A DNA stretch of 64,000 bases from positions 8,337,294-8,401,293 of the forward strand of contig NC_057750.1 in the NCBI RefSeq assembly GCF_004010195.1, in the 5' to 3' direction. The translations under genes were made by a program, and so were the position numbers. Below the pieces are notes generated by a model. That model saw only the letters and a list, made by a program, of their open reading frames with translations, did no database searches and was not told the DNA's origin. Source of the stretch: Chiloscyllium plagiosum. Lineage: Eukaryota. Below, piece by piece: positions 1-11,319 of this stretch (position 1 is its first letter; every line of letters starts with the position of its first letter).

Positions 1-358
1 ACATGACCAGCTATCCTTAGTAGCCACACACGCAGATGACAAGCAACATGAATTCGACTGGGACAACACTACTATTATAGGACAAGCCAAGCTGAGAACA
101 GCCAGGGAATTCCTAGAGGCATGGCACTCATCCACAGATTCTATCAACAAACACATCGACCTGGACCCAATATACTGGCCACTGCAGCGGACAGCTGGGA
201 CTGACAACCGGAAGCGGCAGATACAAATCATTATAAATGCCGGAGGAAACATCACAGAAGCGCTTCACAGGAGGCTCCCAAGCACTGAGGATGTCACCTA
301 GACAGGGGACGAAATGTCTGCAACACAAATTCCCAGCTCGGTGAACAGAACCACAACA
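1..358 (+). mobile_element. Penelope-like element 3' end (GIY-YIG endonuclease C-terminus plus pseudo-LTR), cut by the window start
   Basis: Frame from nt 2 reads HDQLSLVATHADDKQHEFDWDNTTIIGQAKLRTAREFLEAWHSSTDSINKHIDLDPIYWPL, the typical PLE endonuclease tail (H-x-FDW...R-x-FLEAW...N...L-x-x-IY). A hammerhead core follows. Confidence 0.85.
282..321 (+). ncRNA. Minimal type-I hammerhead ribozyme motif in PLE pseudo-LTR
   Basis: GCA-CTGAGGA-T-[GTCACCT agac AGGGGAC]-GAAA-T-GTC-TGC: core CUGAnGA, stem II, GAAA, GUC site, stem I GCA/TGC. GAAAC is changed to GAAAT. Confidence 0.75.
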
Positions 359-359
359 T

Positions 360-960
360 TCTTTTTGTAACTTGTGCACAAGGACCTCCAAAACTCTCTG
401 TGTTGCAGCTTTCTGCAGTCTTTCCTCATTTAAATAATATTCAGCTCTTCTATTATTCTAACCTCATATCACTCCACATATCTTTCCATCAGCCAAGGTT
501 TTTTGCCCATTCAATTAACCCAATTAACTGTACATCTCCTTGTAGACTCCTTGTGTCACTCTCATAACTTGTCTTCCCATCTATTTTTGTATCTTCTACA
601 AACTTGGTCTTAGTACATCCATCTAAGTCATTAATACATATAGTAGATAATTGGGGCCCCAGCATCAGTATTCCCTCTAATGGTTTTTCATTGCACAACT
701 TCTGAAGTCTGCGCATTTTAGAAACTTCCAAAACTGATCATGTTGATTAGCATTTGTGGAACCTTGGGAGAACCTCAGAGCATTCGTGTGACTGCATAGC
801 TTAGAGAACCACCACCCAGCAGTGATCCTTGTGGCATTCCATCTATCACAGGTTGCCAATTTGAAAATGTGCCATTTATCCCAACTTTGTCTTCCATTAG
901 TTAGCCAGTCCTCTATCCCTGTTAATATACTGTCTCCAATATATTATTAAGTAGCTTTAT
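360..960 (-). mobile_element. Degraded CR1 LINE RT fragment
   Basis: Minus ORF 489-731 contains LGPQLSTICINDLD...KFVEDTKIDG, a decayed version of the CR1 LGPxLFxIYINDL...KFADDTK motif. Confidence 0.75.
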
Positions 961-984
961 GTAAAGCATTGTCACTTAATCTCC

Positions 985-1965
985 CACTAGCAACATCCTT
1001 CAGGGTTTCATTGACCAGAAATTGAACTGGACTGATTATCCTTGTTTGTACAGTGGCAACAGGAGCAGGTCAGAAGTTAGTAACCCTGCAGTGAGTAATT
1101 CACCTCTTGACGCCCCCTTGTCCACCAGTGTGGCATGGTGGCTCAACGGTTAGCACTGCTGCCTCACTACACCAGGGACCCAGGTTCAATTCCACCCATG
1201 GACATCTGTGTGGAGTTTGCATGTCCTCCCCGTATCAATGTGGGTTTCCTCTGGGTGCTCCGGTTTCCTCCCATAGTCCAAAGATATGCAGGTTAGGTGA
1301 ATTGGCCATGGTAAATTGCCCATAATGTCCAGGGTTGGTGGGTTAGCCATGAGGAATAGGGTAGAGGGTGTGGGTCTGAATGGGTTGCTCTTCGGAGGTT
1401 CAGTAAATGAGCTTTATGGCCTGCTTCCACACTGTAGGAATTCTATGATTCTGCCAACAAGGCACAAGTCAGGAGTGTGATGTAAAACTTCCCACTTACC
1501 TGGATGAGTGGAGCTCCAACAACATTCAAGAAGCTTGACACCATTTAGGACAAAGCAGCCTGCTTGACTGGTACGCCATTCATGACTTTCAATATTCAGT
1601 CCAACATTCAGTAGCAGCAGTGTGTACCATCTACAAGATGCACCAAGGCTCCTGAGACTGCACTGTCAATACCCATGACCTTCACCACACAGGTCAAATG
1701 CAGTATGCATATAGAAATACCATCAACAAGAAGATTCCTTCTAAGACATTCACCATTGTTATTTGAAAATATATCATGTTCCTTTGGTGTGGCAAGGTTA
1801 AAATTCCAGAACTCCCTCCCTAACAAAACTGCGGGTGCCCCTATACCCAATGGTCTGCAGTGGGCAAGAAAACAGCTCACTACCAACTTCTCAAAGGCCA
1901 TTTGCTGATACACAGTAAATACTCGCCCAGCCAGCAAAGCCTACATGAATGAATGAATATTAAAA
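985..1965 (+). mobile_element. 3' fragment of a CR1/L2-group LINE (here 'LINE-X'), interrupted by an HE1 SINE
   Basis: IDQKLNWT...TVATGAGQKL lies before the SINE and KAQVRSVM...WMSGAPTTFKKLDTI*DKAACL after it. Ends in a (TGAA)n tail. Related copies at 48650-48960 and 49855-50375. Confidence 0.7.
1129..1452 (+). mobile_element. HE1-type V-SINE
   Basis: tRNA-like head (GGTTAGCACTGCTGCCTCAC...GGTTCAATTCC), V-domain (GTGTGGAGTTTGCA...GGGTTTCCTCTGGGTGCTCCGGTTTCCTCCCA) and CR1-like tail. Confidence 0.85.
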
Positions 1966-2799
1966 ATGGAGCAGAACAGGCTTCAGGCACTGAATAGCCT
2001 CCACTTGTCTCTATGTTCCTCTCAGACTCTGAAGTTAACTGAAAGCTGCCAAACATAGTTATACTGTAGTATCTGAGCATATAGTGCAGTTGCAACAACA
2101 ACAACAGTAACACTGTGCAATTATATCACACCTTTCATAACCTCTGGATGTCCCCGAACATTTTATGTCCAAAGAACTAATTCTGAAGTAGAGCTCCAAA
2201 GGAGAGTCATCTCGGACTTCAAACTTTACATCTCCTTCTCTCTGCATACATGACACCAGACCTACAAAGACTCTCTGGCAACTTCTGTTTTCATTTAGAT
2301 CTGTGTGGTCAGGGAATAAGGAGCAGCAAATTAAGTGTGGTGTACAGCGGCATGGGTTAGGCCAGAGAATTGAGGGCCTCGCTATTGTTGGGCGTAATGA
2401 AGCACAAGTTAATAGGGCCATTTCTGACATCAACAAGACAAATCCTGGGCAAACCATCATTTTCCCCAAATTGTTTCTTAGCTACATTATAAATAGCCAA
2501 GGCAAAAAAAAGGCAAGTTAAGTTATTTTCCTGAAAATGTTTTCACTGATTTGATTGAATCAGTTGCTATTATTTTGTATTTGGCTTAATCACAAATATC
2601 CTGAGTTCTGATCACTTACCTACAACAGATTTTTTAAAATTAATAATGTTAGCATTATTTTATAATTTCAATTTGTTTTTTTTTTCAAAATAGGAGATTC
2701 CTTCATTCATGACAAGATATTCAAGAAAAATACAACTTTGGATGCAAGTGACTTTAAAAAGTAGCAAACGTGAAGTCTGAGAAAGGAAATTTTTTTATT

Positions 2800-3110
2800 C
2801 ATTCATGCCTCTGAGCTTGGGTGCTTCCCATCTTTCTTTACAAATTCCTCCCTGGCTTACCCTTCTTTATATCTGTAATCTCTTGCAGCCTAATGCTCCA
2901 AGATCTCTGCACTCCTGCAATTCTATCCTCTCAACTATTAGCCCTCAGCTATCTAGATCGTAAGGACAGGAATTCTGAAGCTAAACCTTGCTACTCATGA
3001 AAACCTCTTTCTCCCCATTTAAGACCCTCCTCAAATCTACCTCTGGTCAAACACTAGTCTCAATATGTGGCTTCATATCAATTATTTTCTGATGGTTATT
3101 AATTGTATAT
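2800..3110 (+). mobile_element. Old L2-like LINE 3' remnant
   Basis: Resembles the L2-like remnants at 8330-8615 and 48960-49235 (ATCTGTAATCTCTTGCAGCC...TTTAAGACCCTCCTCAAATCTACCTCT). Confidence 0.45.
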
Positions 3111-3174
3111 CAGTTGTACTTAATTGGTTGTATGGCACTGGAGATAACTGGAGATTCAGTTGAGCCCCTATCCA

Positions 3175-3415
3175 AGGGGCTCTTGTGGCATAGTGGTAGT
3201 GTCCTACCCCTGGGCCAGGAGGCCTCAAATCAAGTCCCACCTGCTCATGAGGTGCGTCATGACATCTCTGAACAGGTTGTTGAGAAAATATCCTTGACCT
3301 CCTTTCTAGGGTTATTGTTGTGCAATTGTAATGTCCCTATCTCCAGACCAAGAGGTTCAAGTTCTTTACCTATTCCAGCGGTGTTTAAGAGCATCTCTGA
3401 ATAGGTTGACTTTGG
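3175..3415 (+). mobile_element. Two tandem short tRNA-derived SINE-like units
   Basis: Both units have A/B-box-like heads (TGGCATAGTGG...TCAAGTCCC; TGTGCAATTG...GGTTCAAGTTC) and end in CATCTCTGAA(C/T)AGGTTG. Confidence 0.5.
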
Positions 3416-3559
3416 GGATTAGAACAATAGAAGATCTTGGAATGTTAGAAAAGTATTGTATAAATACAAATTATCATTGCTGCTATAATCAGAAAAATGA
3501 CAGTGAGCCCCTATGGAGATACCTGTGCAGGAGACTATATTTAAGAAAAATGCTTTTTC

Positions 3560-3870
3560 AGTGTGGTGGAGAGGGTGAAAGGGAGTTAGAGGAATGCAGT
3601 GACTTCCAGAGCTTACAATAAGATGTTGACCAATTAGGACTGAGAGGAAGAGAAATTTCTTCACTTAAAAAGTGTGCATCTCTGTACCCCAGAGAGGTGT
3701 GAATGATCAGGTGTGGATTGTCCAGTTCAAGGTAGAGATTGATAGAATGTTGGTGATGAAGGGAGTCGAGGGGAAACTGAAATAGAGACAGAAGATCAGC
3801 TGCAGACTTCATAAATGGTAGAACAATACAAAGGGCCAAATGGCCACCTCCTTCACCTACTTGTGTTTCT
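3560..3870 (+). mobile_element. Old CR1 LINE 3' end
   Basis: AGGAAGAGAAATTTCTTCACT...TTCAAGGTAGAGATTGATAGA...GGGCCAAATGGCCACCTCCT matches the other CR1 3' ends in the window. Confidence 0.6.
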
Positions 3871-4049
3871 CTTGGTTGTAAACTAGAGGAGAGGGATTAC
3901 AGGAAGCACTGGAGATTTGGAGGATTCCGAACACAGATTGTGAATTTGAACTGGTAATAGACCTGGACCCAAGCTAAATCAATGAAATGCAGAGGAGGGG
4001 TGAGAGTGGAGGTGGAGATCTAGAGATATTCTATTACTATGAAGAGACA

Positions 4050-4375
4050 TAAAATCATAGTGATTTACGGCATGGAAACAGACCTTCAGTCCGACTCTTC
4101 CATCCTGACCAAATATCCTAAATTAATCTAGTCCCATTTGCTAACATTTGGCTCATATCCCTCTAAACCCTTCCTATTCATGTACCCATCCAGATGCCAC
4201 CACTTCCACTGGGAGCTCGTTCTATACATGCACCACCCTCTACATGAAAATGTTGTCCCTCAACCTATGTCCTAGAGTTTTGGACTTTCCTACCCTGCAG
4301 AAAAGACCTTGACTATTCACCCTATCCATGCCCCTCATGATTTTCACCCCTCAGCCTCTGAACTACAGGGAAAGC
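4050..4375 (-). mobile_element. CR1 (HER1-like) LINE 3' end
   Basis: Reverse complement of the shared CR1 3' sequence (CATGGAAACAGACCTTCAGTCC...CCCTCTAAACCCTTCCTATTCATGTACCCATCCAGATGCC). Confidence 0.8.
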
Positions 4376-4569
4376 AACCTCACTTTTATCTTATTTTGGG
4401 AAGTAGTTTACAGGTGTTGCAGGGCACTTGTGATTTTAATCATGTACAGTACAATGGCATAGAAGGGCAAGTGCAGGAATGCAAGTTTTGTTGTTTATTC
4501 ATGAATTTACTGATGTTCTATGAATCTAGCTGGACACTGCTTCATTATGTATACACATTCTCTCTCTCC

Positions 4570-5420
4570 TGAGCGGGGGTGAGTGATGGACTGGGGCGCG
4601 CCTTGCTACTCCGAGCTGGTTGGGGGGCGCGTTCCCGAGACGATCTTTAGAATGCGGTGGCGCGCATTCTTGGCAAACAAAAAAAATTAATTATCTCTCA
4701 CGCCACAGCCCCGACCCCTCCCTCCAAACTCCATTAACAATGCCTTCTATTTTTTTTAGGAGGTTGAGTCGCAGCGTGTGCACGGGGCGGTGTCGCGCTC
4801 CTCGAAAGCTGGGCACGAGCATGAAGGCGCGTTCCAGAGCGGGATGGCGCTCAAGCGAGGGAAGTACGAGCATGGAGGCGCGGGCATGAGGCAGACTGTC
4901 ACACTGTGTTGTGTGAGAGCAAAGGAGGGTTTGCACCGAGAGACAGGAGGGGAGGGAGGTTTTGAGGGGGGGGTGGGCAAACAGTGTGAGTGAGTGCAAC
5001 CCAAACTCCCGGAGTGAGTGAGAGAGGGAGAGGGAGAGGGAGGGGGGAGTTTGCACTTCCCTCTCTCCACCCTCCCTTGCCCCTGTCCACCACCCCCTCT
5101 TCCCTTCCCCCCCCCCCACCCCCCCGTCCCTGGTGCAGATGCTGGAGAGTCTCCCCCCCGGGGCTGCGGAGCGCTGTGTGCCGGCCAGAGCAGCGGGAGT
5201 GCAGCGGGGGGAATGGAGAGAGCGGCCAGCGCTGCTGCCGCTGCTGCTGCCGGCGCCGGGAATCAGAACTGGAGACCGGGGCAGCAAGGGTGAGTAAGAG
5301 CCGGAGACCCCGGCAGCCTTGGGTCCGTGCGGAAGGGGAAGGGTGGGGGGGGTTGAGAAACTGAGAAGGTGAGACGGGGAGAGAGGCAGTGAGAAACTAA
5401 GGGGAAGGGCGAGACTGCGG
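4570..5420. promoter_or_regulatory. CpG island / probable gene promoter
   Basis: Abrupt GC- and CpG-rich segment (many GCGC, GGCGCG and GGGGCGG motifs) in an otherwise CpG-depleted window; free of interspersed repeats. Confidence 0.8.
5139..5289 (+). other. Candidate first exon (3' part) of an unidentified + strand gene
   Basis: Consensus donor CAAGG|GTGAGT at 5290 at the 3' edge of the CpG island. ATG 5213 gives MERAASAAAAAAAGAGNQNWRPGQQ (phase 2) and ATG 5139 gives another open frame. It could equally be 5' UTR. The exon start is unknown. Confidence 0.5.
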
Positions 5421-6350
5421 AAAGAGGGGAATGAGAAATCGGACAGAGGGGGAAAAGTGTGGAAAGAGAGAATGTGAAATTGGAGAGAGGAAAAAAAAGT
5501 GAAAAAGGAAGAATGAAAAATTGGAAGGAGAAAGTGGAAAAAGAAGGAATGAGAAATTNNNNNNNNNNNNNNNNNNNNNNNNNNNNNNNNNNNNNNNNNN
5601 NNNNNNNNNNNNNNNNNNNNNNNNNNNNNNNNNNNNNNNNNNNNNNNNGGAGAAATGAGAAAATGGAAACTGAAAGTGAGAAATCGGGAATGAGAAATTG
5701 GAGAGAGGGAAATTCAGGAAAGGGAAAATGAAAGGAGGGTAAAAGGAGGAATACAGGAAAGAAGGAAATGAGAATAAGAGAGTGGGAAAGAGGGAATATG
5801 AAATTGGGGACCAGATGCATGAAAAATGGGAGAAGGGAAATGAAAATCTTGGAGAAGAAAGAAATTTAGGAGAAGAGGGTGTAAGAAATTTGGGGAAAGT
5901 GGAAATGAGAGAGTAGGGAAAAGGATAGAATGAGAAACTGGAGGAAAGAGAATCTGAGAAAGAGTGAATGCTCAACTACAGAAAAGAAAGTGAATCTGGG
6001 GAAAACAAAGTGCAGAAAGGAAAATGTGTGGAAATGGGAAAGGGATAATTGCAATAAAGTGAGAATGGAATGAAGATTGAAAATTGGAGAAATGATAAAG
6101 AATCTGTGGAAAAAAGGATTGGGAGAGGTAGAGATAAGGAGACAAAATGAGAAAGGGGAAAAGGAAATAAGAAGGAAAGTGAGGCAAAGGAAATATCGGG
6201 TGAAAAACAGATTCAATTAGATTAAACCTCTTCCAAAATGGAAAATTGGTGTGGCAAGAGACAGACTGAAGATTGAGTGGGAGGAAAAACAGAGTGGTGG
6301 ATGTGTCAAGTGAAATATTGTGAATTGAAAAGGGGGGAGATACCAATGAT
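5360..6350 (+). repeat. GA-rich low-complexity tract (contains gap 5559-5648)
   Basis: Strongly purine-biased + strand with recurring GAGAAA/GGAAAT/GAATGAGAAA words. Confidence 0.9.
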
Positions 6351-8329
6351 CAAATGATAAGAAAGCAATAACTAATTAAAGGAAAGGAGACAAGCTGAAG
6401 AGGACAGTAAATACTTCCAGCTACACGCAAGTTTATTTGGAATGTATCAGGACAGATGAGAGGAAATCGGGGTCAAATAAATAGCAGAAATAGATGAGCA
6501 GAAAATTAAAGGGAGATAAAGTAGAGAGAAAGCAAATGAAGATCATAGACGTACAGGGAGGTAAAACAATAAAGGACAGTGAGGAGAAAGGTGTACAGTG
6601 AAAAGCAAGAAAGAGGATTAATTTCTTAATTTAAATAGTGAGTATATAGTTGCATACTTGACCACATAAGGGTTCACAGATAAAAGTGTGATCTTTGAGC
6701 TTTGAACTGGAATTATTAGCTTCCAAGTGTTGTATTTACAACAATCATTGCATGATCGTGCTGCTTTCCGAGAAATGCAATATTGAACAATTGGACCAGA
6801 TCAAAGCAGAGGAGTTAGTTTAGTAATGTATCTGAAATAGATGCCTGTTGGTGCGGCTAAGTTGATAATCACCAGTGGAGTTCTTTTTATAACATAATAT
6901 TTTCATAGTTTTTAAAAACATTAGATGAGTAACTATGTAACTTTTTTGACAAAAGAGTTTTCATTTAAATTGAGCCTATGTTGATCTCAAAGATTTAATA
7001 TGTTTTGGTTGGAGTGAATTAAACGACCATCACTGTAAATATTGATGTGTAAACAAGATAGAGGGAACCCCCTCTGTCTCGGAATTGGTTAACTTTATTT
7101 AAATTCATTTCAAATGAGATTTATCCAAAACAAAAAATGAAATTTGTTTGAAGGTTAACTTTCACAAGGTGTAAAGCTGTGTAGCAGGAGATAATGAAGG
7201 GTTTGGATTCAGTCCTGGCTTCAGGAGAAACAAAAGAAGCAAATGGTTCTGAAGCTGCTTGCTAAATACTGGAGAGGCCAGTCACTTGGGAGATTCGGCC
7301 TTGCGTTACTGACCTGAGGTGCTGGGCACTCCCTCCTAGTCATCATCATCTTAATGTCCTGGCATTCTCCGGTATCCGAGTCTTTTGTAAGTGTACGCTT
7401 GGATTGTGACTCCAGCATGCAAACAGGCTGCAGTTGAAAGTGCAGTAGGTGTATTGCACACTTACAGGAGCTGCAGAGAGAGAGAGATCCACACATGAGA
7501 GAGACAGTTGCCAGAGGGGAGTGAGTCGTTCCATCTTGGTCCTTTTTGCAAATCCAGGAATTGACAAACAGGCACTTGTAAGCAGTTGAGTGAATGGCCA
7601 ATTTCTCTCTTTAATCTGCATGTTTCACTGTGCCTCTCAAACGCGGTGTTGTGTATGTGTGGGCATGGGATGTTTTTATTTCAGATCTGTAGATTATCTC
7701 ATGGTGAAGTCAAGCAGTTTTGCTGTTTCTATTTTACATTCATTTTACTTTCCTTGAGAAACTTTTATTTTGATTTAAAGCATCTGCGACAGCCAGCTAT
7801 TATGACTGAGCTCTCTGCTGCTGGCTATGTAAGGTGTCACTCTCTTCCAAGTCTGTGTGGAGGAGGTTTATGAAACTGTGAATGGGAGGAATTCAGAATT
7901 GAAATGCAGAAGGTGCTGAAGAGAAGAAAGCTTTGGCCAAGGGAAAGAAGGAAAGTCGAGATTAATATTTGGGCTCTGTGGCAGTTCGAAGAGATGATGT
8001 TAAATGCTATGTCTCTCTGCCTCTGCCTGTCTGTCTGTCTGTCTGTCTCCCTTTCCCCTCCCCTTTCCCAAAGCTTGATAGCATTCCCATGCTTTTTGCT
8101 TCTCTGTTTCATACCTTTCTTCAACAGCATGGATGAGAGTCATTTTTTTGATTTGTTCAACCTGACTTGTGCATCTGCGGTAAAGTTTAAGGAGGGGAGG
8201 TAATATATCTTAGAGTGAATGGATGAGCCAGCATCTGAAAATAGGGGCGAGATGCAGTTTCAGGTGAACAAACAGGACCTGCAACTTTGAAATCTTTCAT
8301 CTTTTTGCATTGAATTTCCAGTTTTGGCA

Positions 8330-8615
8330 GCACAACCATTTGGCCCATTAACACTTTCTGCATCCTGCTCTACCCTCAGCCCTAATCTTCATGGTTCACC
8401 TGTTATTTCCTGAGACTAGACCTTGAAATCTTTTCCCCAAACCCTCCCACCTGCTTTAAAGATGCTTTGTAAACCCTGCCTCTTTGACCAAGCTCTCTTT
8501 CAGCTATCCTAATGTGTTCTTTTGTGGTTGAGTGTCAAATTTTGTTTAATATCCTTCCTGTGAAGTAGCATTCTAAAGTGTTAAAGATTCCACATAAATG
8601 CAAATTAGTGTTTGC
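8330..8615 (+). mobile_element. L2-like LINE 3' end
   Basis: CTGCTTTAAAGATGCTTTGTAAACCCTGCCTCTTTGACCAAGCT...CCTGTGAAG...ATAAATGCAA, an L2-type terminus also shared by the Deu-SINE tails. Confidence 0.55.
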
Positions 8616-9068
8616 AGGAGCTGTTCAAGCTGAGTTCAATTCCTCCATCCCTTCCCTTACAGCTCTGCAAATGTTTGCCTTGCAAGTATTTTATCTGATT
8701 CCCTTTGGAAAGTGCCTATGGAATCTGCTTCCACTGTCCTAAAAGGCAGTGCATTCCAGAGCACAACAGCCCTAGAGTATTTTACATGCAATGTAGACTC
8801 GAAGGAGCATTATGAGCCAGCGGCAGTGCCAACTTTGATGTGGAACCCCTTAATGACGGAAAGATAATGCCCAATTGCTAGCCAGTGAGAGTGAATCTTG
8901 AAACAATAGGATAGAACCGGAAGAATTCCAGACATTTACAGTGCATTGTGTGTGCCAGAGAGGTTACAAGATTCAGGAATGAGGAAAGGCCATTCAATCC
9001 TATGAGTTTGTTCCGTCTGACTGATCTGTCCCGTTCATGCTTTGCCAATCTCTTTGTATCTGAAGCAT

Positions 9069-9261
9069 GAAGTCACAAGTCAGCATGTTATAATCCAATG
9101 GGTTTATTTAAAATCACAAGCTTTCGAAGCGCTGCTCCTCCCTCAGGTAAAGACTTCACTCCGAAAGCTTGTGATTTTAAATAAACCCAGTGGGCTATAA
9201 CCTGGTGACGTGTGACTTCTGACTTTGTTCACCCCAGTCCAACACTGGTGTCTGCACATCA
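9069..9261. mobile_element. Palindromic PLE pseudo-LTR mini-element (hammerhead family C) with 12-bp TSD
   Basis: Flanked by exact TATCTGAAGCAT at 9057-9068 and 9262-9273. Arms are inverted (AAATCACAAGCTTTCG / CGAAAGCTTGTGATTT). Related to the ends of 52857-53833. Confidence 0.8.
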
Positions 9262-9649
9262 TATCTGAAGCATCTGCAGGTTTCTCCCTATTTTGGATTT
9301 GGTTCCACGAGCCTTCAGCAGTACCACTGGACTGACCCAACACTTTGCAGATCCTGCTGGAGGCAAGTAGGTTTTTAAAACGTTGTGGGTGGGTGGGTGG
9401 AAAAAATGACCAAGCAATCTGCAAATTCTGAAGGGGGGGAAGGACAGAAATAGTATGTTAAACTGCTATTTAACTTTGTGCCAGACTAGATTTCCTCTCG
9501 CCAGACCTTGGAGCGGCACTGATATTCATAGTTCAGGCCACTTTGTAGAGAAAGTGGAGGTGTGAGATGGCGAGTAGGCCATTGATGTATTTGCCCTGGG
9601 GAGCTTGGGCTAGGAAATCCAAACTCTTTACTATTTGGGGTACACAAAA

Positions 9650-9990
9650 AAGGCACTTAAATTTGTGTTAATCATTTCAAAGCATTTTGTAGTTTGTATG
9701 GTCATAATGTGGCAAACTGGCATCCAATTTGTCCACAGCGAGCTCCCACAAAAAAACTGATAAAGTCTGTTGGATTTGATCTAAAGGTTGGTCAGGGCAC
9801 CACATAGAACTTCCTGGCTTGATTGTTTTCCCCCTAAAGCTAGAGAGAGTGGGCAGCTCCTTGTTCAAGTCTCATCCAAAAAGTGGCACCTTGGGCAGTG
9901 CAGTATCAGGATGTGGTACTGATTGTGGCATTCAGACCTCTGGAGTGGGACTTGAGCCTATGACCTTGAGAGGAAGGAGAGGGTTGCACA
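9650..9990 (-). mobile_element. Deu-domain SINE (SacSINE1/AmnSINE1-like), degraded
   Basis: Reverse complement of Deu-SINE words (GTGGGAGCTCGCTGTGGACAAATTGGATGCC; GGTGCCACTTTTTGGATGAGAC). Confidence 0.65.
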
Positions 9991-10239
9991 CGCATCTGCA
10001 GTGTACAAATGGAACAGTGCTACAGGAGTTGTGCAAAAGGGAAGATGACTTTGCAGAGTTCAGATGTTGCAAGGCTGAAAAGGGAAGGCATTGTAATGTG
10101 CAATTTTTCATATAGCTATTTCTTTCTTGTGGTATTGAAGCTTTTGATAGAGTTGGAGATTTGCTGGGCTTTTTTTCCCTCGAAAGAAGCAGGCACCTGA
10201 TATTCTATTAACTTGTCTCATCCTCACGTTTTTTGTTTT

Positions 10240-10410
10240 GCGAAGCAGTATGATGCTAACAGTGTGGGTTCAATTCCCACATCAGTTGAGGTTGCCATGA
10301 AGGACCTCTCCCCTCACCTGAAGTATGGTGGTTCCTAGGTTAAACCACTATCAGTTGTCTCTCCCTAATGAGAGAGCAGCCCTATGGCCTGATAAGACTA
10401 TGGTGACTCA
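10240..10410 (+). mobile_element. tRNA-derived SINE (unnamed family; second copy at 54185-54395)
   Basis: B-box GGTTCAATTCC, then GGTTAAACCAC...AGTTGTCTCTCCCTAATGAGAGAGCAGCCCTATG, matching the reverse complement of 54185-54395. Confidence 0.6.
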
Positions 10411-10414
10411 AGTT

Positions 10415-10900
10415 CATTAGAGGCAGTCCTTAGAAGGTTCACTGGGATGATTCCTGGTATGAAGAGATTGTCTTATGAACAATGGCTAAACAGGTTGGGA
10501 CTCACTGCAGTTTGGATGATCGAGGTTTGATCTCAGTGAAACATATAGGATTCTGAAGGGGCTTGATGGAGTAAATGCTGAGAGGGTGTTTCCCCTCATG
10601 GGAGAGTCTGGGACCAGAAAGCATAGTCTTAGGATATTGGGGTGACTGAGATGAGGAGGAATTTCTTCTCTGAGGGTTGTAAGTCTTTGGAAGTTCTTGC
10701 CCCAGAGAGCTGTGGAAGCATAGTCCTTGTGTATATTTGAGGCTGAGAGGTTCTTGATCAATCAATAGGGGAGTCAAGGGTTAGAGGGGAAGGGCCAGAA
10801 AGTGGGTGTGAGGAATGTTGGATGAGCCACGATCCTATTGAATGGCAGAGCAGGCTTGAGGGGCTGAATAGCTTACTCCTTTTCCTATTTCTTTTGGTCT
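10415..10900 (+). mobile_element. CR1 LINE 3' fragment
   Basis: LEAVLRRFTGMIPGMKRLSYEQWLNRLGL...GDLSETYRILKGLD, the CR1 ORF2 C-terminus, followed by its 3' UTR. Confidence 0.8.
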
Positions 10901-11319
10901 AATCCTTCTTTCATTATGTCCATATGGGGTTAATTGGATGTGAATGAGAGTTTGTAAAGCAATTTTATAAAATAATTGCTATAATCATGTTTGACGGTAT
11001 GGAGTTGGTGATTGGCCATGTTTCTGTCGTCTTAGATGCGACTCCATAGTTTATGAAGGAAATACAATTGCGTCTGTTCAAAGCAAATAATGGCTATTTG
11101 AAGCCAAGCTTGGGGTTGCGGACTGTGGGAGAAAGGAAAGACTGAAATGAAACCTGACAAACACACAACCTTGTTGATGTGCTTAAAGCATGCTGCAGCT
11201 TTATAAGAAGTGCCTACTAATGGTGATATTTGTAGTGACAATCAAGAATGTAACAGACAAAAGGAAGATGGATAGAGGGCAATGTGATTTAGCATGAATG
11301 TCAATGAGCACATTCCTTT

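Noticed and set aside
4691..5364. Long ORFs on both strands across the CpG island (198 aa, 124 aa and others)
   Set aside because: Expected from stop-codon scarcity in GC-rich DNA; low-complexity translations with no recognisable domain.
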